Assembly: GCA_001189105.1 (NCBI GenBank)
Contig: LFCL01000009.1
Location: 1-54,221, forward strand
DNA from: Parcubacteria bacterium C7867-002
GTDB lineage: Bacteria > Patescibacteriota > Minisyncoccia > Phycocordibacterales > PALSA-1337
Direction of reading: 5' to 3'
DNA length: 54,221 bases
The notes beneath the pieces are model-generated. The model saw only the letters and a list, made by a program, of their open reading frames with translations. It was not told where the DNA came from and did not search any database. Positions 34,742 through 43,262 of the stretch are shown here, one piece after another. Positions within the stretch are counted from its first letter, which is position 1. Each line of letters begins with the position of its first letter. The position numbers and the translations under genes are program-made.

Positions 34742-34767
34742 AGGCGATCCAAAAGATCGCCTTTTTA
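34742..34767 (+). terminator. Intrinsic terminator of the TnpB/Cas12f-like gene
   Basis: AGGCGATC-CAAAA-GATCGCCT followed by TTTTT. Confidence 0.75.
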
Positions 34768-34778
34768 TTATCCTATCC

Positions 34779-34820
34779 ATAAAAAAGCACCCGACCTCGG
34801 GTGCTTTGCGTTCTGACTGA
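34779..34820 (+). repeat. 42-nt direct repeat, copy A (contains a terminator-like hairpin)
   Basis: ATAAAAAAGCACCCGACCTCGGGTGCTTTGCGTTCTGACTGA is identical to 35316-35357. Confidence 0.9.
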
Positions 34821-34871
34821 AAAACTTGACTCGGCGTATACGAGCGGTTTTTTCTTATGTATAATTATTAG

Positions 34872-35315
34872 ATGAATTCCGTAAAAATATTTACACCCAG
34901 AAATATCAAAATAATACTATTTATAACTTTTGTACCTTTGATCCTTAGTACTTTTGTTCCCGGAGAATTTGGACTCATACCTCTTATTGGCGACGTATAC
35001 GCATTAATAACAGGATTTTATATTGTTCCATTATCCCCTCTGGCAAAAGTAATGCATATTAACCTGTTTGCCCCTACAGAATACGGAACTTTGCACTGGA
35101 CAGCTTTTGGAGCAAGTATAGCAATCGTATTTTGGTTTATTGTTTCCAGTCTTATAGTAACCTTTATCACGAGAAGCCAATTTACATTTGACCATTTATC
35201 TCCTGAGCAAAAAGAACTTGCGCGACAACGAAGCAAAAGAAATGTGCGTTATTTAAAATATTTTATTCTTATCTTTGCTCTTATTCTCGCGATTATTCTC
35301 TATTTCTTGGTATAG
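34872..35315 (+). CDS. Small polytopic membrane protein flanked by the 42-nt direct repeats
   Basis: 147 aa, about 4 TM helices, AT-rich codon usage. The stop abuts repeat copy B. Confidence 0.55.
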   Translation: MNSVKIFTPRNIKIILFITFVPLILSTFVPGEFGLIPLIGDVYALITGFYIVPLSPLAKVMHINLFAPTEYGTLHWTAFGASIAIVFWFIVSSLIVTFITRSQFTFDHLSPEQKELARQRSKRNVRYLKYFILIFALILAIILYFLV

Positions 35316-35357
35316 ATAAAAAAGCACCCGACCTCGGGTGCTTTGCGTTCTGACTGA
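35316..35357 (+). repeat. 42-nt direct repeat, copy B
   Basis: Identical to 34779-34820. Confidence 0.9.
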
Positions 35358-35371
35358 GACATGAAACGGAG

Positions 35372-36214
35372 TCAGTAAGTGATATTCAATCGATCCATCT
35401 TCGCCCGAGCCAATTCTCCGTAATACGGATTATCCTTCAAACGGAGCAACCCAGGTGCATCAGATACGTCAATACGCGGAAGATCAAAATAGATCCAGCG
35501 TGTAGGTCTTCCACTCCACAGGAAATGCGCTCCCACGCGGTCCGGAATTTCGATTATTCCCTCTTCAGCCATGAGTCTCACCACAAGTGACCGTCGCGCC
35601 AGTTCAACCCTTCGGAAAGAATTGTACACTTCCCAGAGACTCTGAGATGCCCAGGAGGTTGTAGCGCTTTCATAGTGAGTATCTGGATGACGGATACCGG
35701 AATAGAATGGCTGTGCAATGACATACACCAGAATTTCCATAACTTCCGGAGGATACTCCTCGAGAACATCGATCAGATCTTGATCGATCCTTTTCCAGAA
35801 ATGAGTCTGGGCTGTCGTGATTCTGCCTGCAGCCGTCCCGAACAGTTTCGCCAGACGATCATCGGTGATGAAATGGTTCACTGGACTTTGTCGTGTCGCG
35901 TACAAGAGCTGTAACAGCTTACCCTCACGTGGATCCGATGCTCCTGCAGCCATCTTGAGTACTTTTCTTTTGGAGATATTCCGTACAAGCCGGAACTTCA
36001 GACCTTCGGAAGACTCTCCGTAATGATCGACCATCCCATTGAGGATGTAGTGAAGCATTGGTCCTGACCACTGCGGAGTATGTTCCCGCATATTGGTATA
36101 CGTACGAATGAGACCAATCGTCCGGTCGTACGAGTAACTTTGGGCACCAACCGAGATAGTGAATCCTGCATACAGAAGCAGTGAGATACCGAATATCCGT
36201 AATTGATTTCTCAT
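35372..36214 (-). CDS. Secreted hypothetical protein
   Basis: 280 aa with a signal peptide (FGISLLLYAGFTISVGA). No family recognised. Confidence 0.55.
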   Translation of the reverse strand: MRNQLRIFGISLLLYAGFTISVGAQSYSYDRTIGLIRTYTNMREHTPQWSGPMLHYILNGMVDHYGESSEGLKFRLVRNISKRKVLKMAAGASDPREGKLLQLLYATRQSPVNHFITDDRLAKLFGTAAGRITTAQTHFWKRIDQDLIDVLEEYPPEVMEILVYVIAQPFYSGIRHPDTHYESATTSWASQSLWEVYNSFRRVELARRSLVVRLMAEEGIIEIPDRVGAHFLWSGRPTRWIYFDLPRIDVSDAPGLLRLKDNPYYGELARAKMDRLNITY

Positions 36215-36404
36215 ATGTAGTTTTTGGTTCTACCGTTCGTTATGAACGGTTCTATCTATAGGTTACTCCTCAGCCACGAAATAGCAAGCGAGTCAATTAA
36301 TGAGTGTATATGCTTATTGACTTTTATATTAAAATGTGCTAATATTATAACAGTAGTTTTTTGACAGACACCCCAACAATAACCCCTTATAGAAAGGTTC
36401 CTAT

Positions 36405-36824
36405 ATGTTGTCATGTATTCTCCGTCTATTACGGATGCATCCTGATCAGAAAAAAACTCAGCGACTCAAGAAGGAGTTGGCGGACAGAGAAAAAGAATTC
36501 TATGATTGCTTCAATTTTCCTCCAAGATTATTGGAAGATCCTGAGTATCAAATGGAAGTCCTTGTTACGTTAAAAATTCTCGCTGACAAGGCGCAAGAAA
36601 GGGCTCAGGAACGACTGGACTCTGAAAGAAAAGAGTCGGAATGCATACCTTATAAAGTAGCACTCAATGAATACTGCCGAGCTGTCCAATTAGCTCAATC
36701 TTTCAATGAAAACTTCAGCACCCTGTCTCTTCATTGGAATAAACTGGGTGAATTCATAGATCAGATGAGGCACAAACACACCTCATTCAAACAACACAAG
36801 GAGCGCACAACAACAGTTATGTAA
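36405..36824 (+). CDS. Hypothetical protein (helical, charged)
   Basis: 139 aa. It is followed by the terminator AAAACCCACT-TTCATC-AGTGGGTTTT at 36857-36882. Confidence 0.45.
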   Translation: MLSCILRLLRMHPDQKKTQRLKKELADREKEFYDCFNFPPRLLEDPEYQMEVLVTLKILADKAQERAQERLDSERKESECIPYKVALNEYCRAVQLAQSFNENFSTLSLHWNKLGEFIDQMRHKHTSFKQHKERTTTVM

Positions 36825-36952
36825 TATTACTGCCCAGCGTGTACCCTTGAAAACACAAAACCCACTTTCATCAGTGGGTTTTATTTTAAATATTTTTCTT
36901 CTTACCCTTATATCCACTTCTATGCTAGATTGAGTACCTACAACCCCTATTT

Positions 36953-37663
36953 ATGGAAAATCCTGGATTTCCTATGCGAATCAACAAATACTTGGCTTTA
37001 CACGGCCACTCTACGCGCCGAGGCGCTGATGTACTTATCGAAGGTAAGCAGGTTTTTATCAATGGAAAACAGGCTGTTCTGGGCGACAAAGTCACAGAAA
37101 CGGACGTAGTCGAAGTGCGACTCAAAGGTAAGAAAAAAGAATATCGCTACATCGCCTACAACAAACCCCGCGGCATTGTGACTCATTCTGCACAGGATGG
37201 TGAAAAGGAAATTCTCAACGAGGTTCCTATAAAAGGAGTATTCCCTATTGGCCGTCTCGACAAAGATTCCCATGGACTGATCATACTTACCGATGATGGA
37301 CGTATCACCGATAGGCTCTTGGGTCCTTCATACAAACACGAAAAAGAATACGTGGTAAAGACAAAGGAAAAACTACGATCGAGTTTCAAGGAAAAAATGG
37401 AAGCAGGAGTCCAGATTGATGACGAAAAGACCGCTCCCTGTAAGGTACATATTCTCAACGATTTCACATTCAAGATTATTTTGACCGAAGGAAAGAGGCA
37501 TCAGATCCGCCGCATGTGTGTGGCATTATTCCAAGAAGTTCTGGATCTCCAAAGAATCCGTATCATGAATATCAAGATCACCCATCTTGCCGAGGGTGAC
37601 TATAGAGAGATCAAAGGCGAGGAATTGCAGGCTTTTTTGCATGCACTCGGATTAGAGAAATAA
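36953..37663 (+). CDS. Pseudouridine synthase, RsuA/RluB/RluF family
   Basis: S4 domain (MRINKYLALHGHSTRRGADVLIEGKQVFING), GRLDKDSHGLIILTDDG and KRHQIRRM. Confidence 0.9.
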   Translation: MENPGFPMRINKYLALHGHSTRRGADVLIEGKQVFINGKQAVLGDKVTETDVVEVRLKGKKKEYRYIAYNKPRGIVTHSAQDGEKEILNEVPIKGVFPIGRLDKDSHGLIILTDDGRITDRLLGPSYKHEKEYVVKTKEKLRSSFKEKMEAGVQIDDEKTAPCKVHILNDFTFKIILTEGKRHQIRRMCVALFQEVLDLQRIRIMNIKITHLAEGDYREIKGEELQAFLHALGLEK

Positions 37664-37694
37664 AAAAATAGCTCGTGTATGTGCCCAGTGCAGA

Positions 37695-38075
37695 CTACAC
37701 TGCAAGCATCTTTTTGACCTGAGACACGATGAATGCCGGGTTGACCGCAGCCTTCACCATGAAACTAGCCCCGAGATTGGTGACAATATCACGGTGTTTA
37801 TTTTCACTGGAATTGGAGACCACCAATACTTTTATGTTTTTGGTTGCGTCGTCTTTGCGAATCATCTCTAACAACTCAATACCATTTACACCGGGAAGGA
37901 AGATATCCAGTACGATAATATCGGGAACATCGGCCTTGAGTGCCTCAAAGGCATTAGTACCTGTAGTAATCAATTTTACATCCAACGGCTCGGCTCTCAG
38001 GTGATTTAAAATAATACTTCCAAGCATCGTATCGTCTTCAATCACAACAACCTTTTTACGGGGATTATTTTCCAT
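37695..38075 (-). CDS. Stand-alone response-regulator receiver domain (CheY-like)
   Basis: 126 aa: VVVIEDD, the phospho-acceptor context IIVLDIFLPG, and a conserved K (FMVKA). Confidence 0.85.
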   Translation of the reverse strand: MENNPRKKVVVIEDDTMLGSIILNHLRAEPLDVKLITTGTNAFEALKADVPDIIVLDIFLPGVNGIELLEMIRKDDATKNIKVLVVSNSSENKHRDIVTNLGASFMVKAAVNPAFIVSQVKKMLAV

Positions 38076-38172
38076 GCATCTATTTTCCTATGATTACCCT
38101 CTGAGGTCAAGTCGCATATCCCTATGGTATAATACACGGACTAAGGTTGTATTTATTATTTCACATACATAT

Positions 38173-38580
38173 ATGAAAATATTCACTATTGTCTTACGAG
38201 TTATTTTGGGACTCCTCCTCTTTTCTCCTATCCTTGGTGCACTCGGTCTTTTTCCACCTCCAACTCCAGAGCTTTACAACACCACCGAAGCATTTGCATT
38301 CATTGATATACTCATGAACACTGGGTACCTTACCCAACTGATCGCCATCGTTTTCGCGATTGCCATTTTCCTTGTCATTACAAATCGCACAGCTCTTGCA
38401 GCACTCCTTATCCTCCCTATTACCATAAACATTATATGCTTCCATGCATTCCTCGATGGTGGACTTTTCACCAAAGGTGCAATCATGGCCAACGTCCTTG
38501 TCCTCCTCAACGCATACTTCCTCTGGCACAACCGTGCTCAATATCGTCACTTGTGGAATAAATCAGTGTCTCATTCTTAA
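38173..38580 (+). CDS. Small membrane protein (4 TM)
   Basis: From ATG 38173: MKIFTIVLRVILGLLLFSPILG... The upstream extension is discounted. Confidence 0.5.
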   Translation: MKIFTIVLRVILGLLLFSPILGALGLFPPPTPELYNTTEAFAFIDILMNTGYLTQLIAIVFAIAIFLVITNRTALAALLILPITINIICFHAFLDGGLFTKGAIMANVLVLLNAYFLWHNRAQYRHLWNKSVSHS

Positions 38581-40622
38581 ACAATCGCATAATCCAACGT
38601 TTTCTTATCCACATCTGCAGCTACGACTTTAAAATTAACCTCATCGCCCAACGTGAACTTTTGCCCTGTGCGTTCACCGACAATCGAATACGTCTTTTCA
38701 TCGAATACATAAAAATCAGTTCCCAATCCGCGAATGGGTATCATCCCTTCGGATTTGCTTTCTTTATCCTCGACATATATACCCCACTTGGTAATTCCTG
38801 AAATGACCCCGCGGAACGTCTGACCGATACGAGTACTCATGTATTCAACTTGCTTGAGCTTCTTGGACGTACGCTCCGCATCAGCTGCATCGATCTCTCG
38901 AGCTGTCGTACTTTCGGCAATAGTTTGAAATGTGATGATATCGCGATCACCAAAAGGTTCGCCATTGAGATGTTTTGCCAAGACACGATGAACCAAGAGG
39001 TCCGGGTACCGACGAATTGGGGAGGTGAAATGAGTATAAAATTCGAACGCCAGACCAAAGTGTCCGATATTTTTAGTGGAATAAATGGCTTTTTGCATAG
39101 AACGAATCGTAGCAGTACGCACCAAAGATTCATGAGGGGTGCCTTCGACTTGGTCCAAGAGAGCATTGATACTCTTGGCAGTCACTTCTCCATCTTTGGA
39201 GATATGCAGATCATATCCCAATGCTTTTACAAATGTGGCCAAGTTTTTGATCTTATCCTTATCCGGTGTGTCATGGATGCGATAGATTGCACCCGTATCA
39301 CGAGGACCACTCTTTTTAATGGAATTAAAGATAAAATGGGCAACTTCGCGATTTGCCAACAACATATACTCCTCAACCAATTTATGTGTATCGAGTCGTT
39401 CGTAGACATAGACACCCACGGGTCTTCCGTGGGCATCCAAACGGAACTTTATTTCCTCCTGCTCAAATTCGATCGCACCTTGGGCAAACTTTTGTTTTTG
39501 GAAAATCTTGGCTAAACGGTTGAGTGTAACCAACGGGTCAGCATATTGCATACCTGCCTCAGCTAGTTCAACAGGTTGAATACCTTTTGAATATTTCGTT
39601 ACATTCGCAGCAACACCATCGATAGCAGCTTGTGCAGTCTCATAGGTAAAACGGTGTGTGGAATTGATCACTGTACGACCAAACCATCGAGTATGAATAT
39701 GTGCCTTATCATCAATAACAAAAACTGCTGAAAATGTCAGCTTGTCTTCGTGTGGATTGAGACTACACACATCATTCGAAAGAACTTCCGGCAACATGGG
39801 AATAGTTCGATCAACAAGATAAATAGAGCAGCCGCGTTTGAGAGCTTCAAGGTCGAGAGCGTTTCCTTCACGTACAAAATGAGATACATCGGCAATATGA
39901 ACGCCGATTTCATACAAAGGACCTGGTGCACCGATCTCACGCGCTTCTGTTTCGGACAAGAGTTTGAATGAGATCGCATCATCAAAATCTTTTGCATCAA
40001 AGGGATCGATGGTAAACGTCGGTGTACTTCTCATGTCACGACGCTTTGGAATTTCCGCTTCCATCATTTCTTTTTTGGTGCGCTCGATTTCGGCAGCTTC
40101 TTTTTCTACCGCCGGAGGAAAATTGATTTCAAAACCACTTTCCAAGACAATGGATTCCATTTCCACATTGTTATCTCCTTTTTTACCGAGTACACGCAGA
40201 ACTTTTGCCGTCGGTAATTTCTTTGGATCGGTCCACGGCTCAAGCTTCACTTGAACTTTGACATCTTTCTCCAAACCAGCAGCATCTTCCGGCGCAATCA
40301 GGATATTTACATACATCTTCTTATCATCGGGAATAACCACTGTTCCCTCTTTTTCCAAACTCACAATACCAACGAACCTGTCACGTTCGCGAGTTACAAT
40401 ACGCAAAACTTCCCCTACTTTCTGCTTGAGGCCACGAATGATCTTTTCGCTGACGCGCACTTCAACCGTATCGCCATTGAGGGCGGTATTGAGAGTTCCT
40501 TCTTCTATATAAATAGAGGGTTCGAGAGATTTGCCGCCTTTTCGTGGTGAAAGATCGACATATCCTGCCCCTTTTCTGGTCGTAGAGATAGCTCCAATGA
40601 CCGTTTGCGCATCATTATTCAC
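38577..40622 (-). CDS. rnr: Ribonuclease R (RNB family 3'-5' exoribonuclease)
   Basis: 681 aa: cold-shock-like N-terminus, RNB domain (IDPFDAKDFDDAIS ... HFGLAFEFYTHFTSPIRRYPDL), C-terminal S1 domain. Confidence 0.9.
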   Translation of the reverse strand: MNNDAQTVIGAISTTRKGAGYVDLSPRKGGKSLEPSIYIEEGTLNTALNGDTVEVRVSEKIIRGLKQKVGEVLRIVTRERDRFVGIVSLEKEGTVVIPDDKKMYVNILIAPEDAAGLEKDVKVQVKLEPWTDPKKLPTAKVLRVLGKKGDNNVEMESIVLESGFEINFPPAVEKEAAEIERTKKEMMEAEIPKRRDMRSTPTFTIDPFDAKDFDDAISFKLLSETEAREIGAPGPLYEIGVHIADVSHFVREGNALDLEALKRGCSIYLVDRTIPMLPEVLSNDVCSLNPHEDKLTFSAVFVIDDKAHIHTRWFGRTVINSTHRFTYETAQAAIDGVAANVTKYSKGIQPVELAEAGMQYADPLVTLNRLAKIFQKQKFAQGAIEFEQEEIKFRLDAHGRPVGVYVYERLDTHKLVEEYMLLANREVAHFIFNSIKKSGPRDTGAIYRIHDTPDKDKIKNLATFVKALGYDLHISKDGEVTAKSINALLDQVEGTPHESLVRTATIRSMQKAIYSTKNIGHFGLAFEFYTHFTSPIRRYPDLLVHRVLAKHLNGEPFGDRDIITFQTIAESTTAREIDAADAERTSKKLKQVEYMSTRIGQTFRGVISGITKWGIYVEDKESKSEGMIPIRGLGTDFYVFDEKTYSIVGERTGQKFTLGDEVNFKVVAADVDKKTLDYAIV

Positions 40623-40734
40623 GTGCTGACTATAGCATCATTTTGCCTTTCTTGCCCAGCCTCATCATCTGATTACACCGAGTATATCCCCACAAAAGCT
40701 TGACTGTTACTTAAAAATTGGTCTTAATAGCGGG

Positions 40735-41484
40735 ATGTCTGAACTTATTCTCTATAGTCTTGTTGCTGGCACACTCTCGCTTGCCGGTGGCATGTTTGTT
40801 ATTTGGCGCAGCACGAGCGTCATGAAGGTTATTACACCGCTTATTACCTTTGGTGCAGGAGCTTTTTTGGGCGTCAGTTTTCTCGACCTATTACCAGAAG
40901 CAGTCGAAGCCGTCGAGGAACCTCACCCGGTATTTATCGCTGCTCTGGTAGGATTTTTTATTTTCTTTGCTCTTGAACGAGTACTGATGCGCTACATGAA
41001 CCACAATCATGAACACAAGAAACATGATGACCACACCGAATCATTGCCGATCCTGATTGTTATCGGCGATAGTTTCCATAATTTTTTAGATGGTATTGTG
41101 CTTGCGCTCGCCTTTGTCGCCAACCCTTTATTGGGTTTACCTACTGCCCTCGCTATTGCAGCTCACGAAATTCCTCAAGAAATTGGTGATTTCAGTATCC
41201 TTCTCGACCAAGGTTGGTCAAAACGACGCATTATCTGGACAAATATATGTTCCTCATTCCTCACAGTCGCTGGTGCAGTCATAGGATATGTAGCTATTGG
41301 CATGTTCGAAAACTCTCTGCCTTATCTCTTGGCAGGCACTGCCGGTATTTTCCTGTATATTGCAGCTTCCGACCTTATTCCTGAAATTCATCATCGAGCG
41401 GGCCATACCCACCTCTATTCAATCCTCTTCTTCTTCCTCTTGGGACTTGTTTCTATAGGGTACCTTGTTTCTTTGGCGCATTAA
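40735..41484 (+). CDS. ZIP-family divalent metal transporter (ZupT-like)
   Basis: 249 aa with 8 TM helices, a His-rich loop (NHNHEHKKHDDH) and HEIPQEIGDF. Confidence 0.9.
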   Translation: MSELILYSLVAGTLSLAGGMFVIWRSTSVMKVITPLITFGAGAFLGVSFLDLLPEAVEAVEEPHPVFIAALVGFFIFFALERVLMRYMNHNHEHKKHDDHTESLPILIVIGDSFHNFLDGIVLALAFVANPLLGLPTALAIAAHEIPQEIGDFSILLDQGWSKRRIIWTNICSSFLTVAGAVIGYVAIGMFENSLPYLLAGTAGIFLYIAASDLIPEIHHRAGHTHLYSILFFFLLGLVSIGYLVSLAH

Positions 41485-41492
41485 GTTGGAGT

Positions 41493-41584
41493 CGAGAATG
41501 TGTGACAAATTTAGTAAGCCTGGTTTTTACGAGCCGTGGGTGAACCATGTCATTTCGGTTTACTAAATTTGTCACACATTCTCG
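41493..41584 (+). terminator. 28-bp inverted repeat (one G:T) with a 36-nt loop and a T-run: unusually long terminator-like hairpin
   Basis: 41493-41520 CGAGAATGTGTGACAAATTTAGTAAGCC pairs with 41557-41584 GGTTTACTAAATTTGTCACACATTCTCG, followed by GCTTTTTG. Confidence 0.7.
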
Positions 41585-41745
41585 GCTTTTTGTATTCTAT
41601 ACCGACAGTAAGACTGCCATATCTCAATGAGTCTTTCCTCACAGTCGCATACCACAACATTTCTTGGTTTAAATAAATCCAACACATGCCGGACTCTCCT
41701 AGTTATACACAGTTAAAATAACCTTTTTCATTCTATAATTGAGGT

Positions 41746-42117
41746 ATGGCCGCCATGCAACCTCTTAAACCATACCGAGAAGAACGACCGTGGGGAGAGT
41801 TTGTAGAGTACACACGCAACATCCCTTCCACCGTAAAACTCATCACCGTAAAACCCGGTGAGGCACTCAGTTTACAGCACCACAGCAATCGAGATGAGTT
41901 TTGGCATGTCATTTCAGGTGACGGCATGCTTCATATTGGTGACAATGAAATCCCTGCCCAACCAGGAGAAAACCATTTCATCACCCGCACAACCAACCAC
42001 CGCATCACCGGAGGCTCTACCCCACTCCTTATCCTAGAAATTTCCCTCGGAGCATTTGATGAAAACGATATTATACGCCTCGATGATCGTTATGGGCGTA
42101 GTAATACTACACAATAA
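41746..42117 (+). CDS. Cupin protein, type II mannose-6-phosphate isomerase-like
   Basis: 123 aa: RPWGEFVEY...VKPGEALSLQHHSNRDEFWHVISG, as in the C-terminal cupin of ManC/PMI type II. Confidence 0.75.
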   Translation: MAAMQPLKPYREERPWGEFVEYTRNIPSTVKLITVKPGEALSLQHHSNRDEFWHVISGDGMLHIGDNEIPAQPGENHFITRTTNHRITGGSTPLLILEISLGAFDENDIIRLDDRYGRSNTTQ

Positions 42118-43236
42118 ATGGAATTCACCAGTTACACATTTAGTCTCATATTCACCCTCATTGCGATTGGTGGACTTATCGCATATGCAATCTGGAGTTG
42201 GAAAAAACACACCAAACCTGTTGCTAAAAAAATCGCACTCGACCGTCATCAACAGAACCCAATTCTCAGTCCCCAAACTCACAAAGAATGGGAAATTGCG
42301 GGAACATTCAATCCAGCAGCCATGATCGATGAAGAAGGACGCACCCATATCCTGTATCGTGCGATCGGTGCCGACGGAGTATCACGTCTTGGATATGCTT
42401 CCAGCGAAGACGGTACCGATTTTGAAACCCGTTCTGACTACCCTGTGTTCTCTTTAAAAAATCCCCGCATGGCTCACGTCCCACACGTGACCGTCGTCAA
42501 ACAATACAATCCGGTCATGTATCCCTCCGGAGGAAGTTGGGGTGGCTGTGAAGATCCTCGTATGGTGAAAATTGGCGACAAAATCTATGTCACTTTTAAT
42601 GCATTCGACGGATGGGATCATGTGCGTATTGCAGTCATTTCTCTTCCCGAAAAGAAATTCAAAAAAGGTCACTGGGATTGGAGTCAACCATTCATGATTT
42701 CTCCTGCAGGCGAAGTTAATAAAAACTGGGTTCTCTTTCCTGAAAAGATCGATGGTAAATTTGCAATTCTTCACAGTATATCACCGGAAGTTCAGATCGA
42801 TTATGCCAATTATCTGGAAGAATTTTCTGATGGCAAACGAAATATCAAAAGTAAATTCGGTCAGAAAGCCCCTCGCGAAACCTGGGATACCTGGGTTCGT
42901 GGTGCTGGTCCTCCCCCTATTAAAACTGACAAAGGTTGGCTTGTTCTCTATCACGCCATGGATAAAAAGGATCCTCATATTGGATACAAGCTGGGTGCAC
43001 TCCTTTTAGATCTCAATAATCCCAAGAAAGTCATCGCTCGAGCACCTGCACCCATCCTGACTCCAGAAGAATGGTATGAGAACGATTGGAAAGCAGGTGT
43101 GGTATATGCCTGTGGCGCTGTCGTAAAAGCAGGTGTTCTCTCCGTTTATTACGGTGGTGGAGACAAGCACACATGCATGGCACAGACCGAATTGGCACCA
43201 CTACTCGATTGGTTGATCCGGTATGGGAAAGTGTAA
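42118..43236 (+). CDS. GH130-family glycoside phosphorylase-like protein with an N-terminal TM anchor
   Basis: 372 aa: NPILSP...FNPAA...YRAIG...GYASSEDG..F...GGCEDPRM...GAGPPPIKT..GWL..YH pattern of GH130/DUF377. Confidence 0.8.
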   Translation: MEFTSYTFSLIFTLIAIGGLIAYAIWSWKKHTKPVAKKIALDRHQQNPILSPQTHKEWEIAGTFNPAAMIDEEGRTHILYRAIGADGVSRLGYASSEDGTDFETRSDYPVFSLKNPRMAHVPHVTVVKQYNPVMYPSGGSWGGCEDPRMVKIGDKIYVTFNAFDGWDHVRIAVISLPEKKFKKGHWDWSQPFMISPAGEVNKNWVLFPEKIDGKFAILHSISPEVQIDYANYLEEFSDGKRNIKSKFGQKAPRETWDTWVRGAGPPPIKTDKGWLVLYHAMDKKDPHIGYKLGALLLDLNNPKKVIARAPAPILTPEEWYENDWKAGVVYACGAVVKAGVLSVYYGGGDKHTCMAQTELAPLLDWLIRYGKV

Positions 43237-43262
43237 ATTTTTTAAGATGTAATCCTTCCTTT

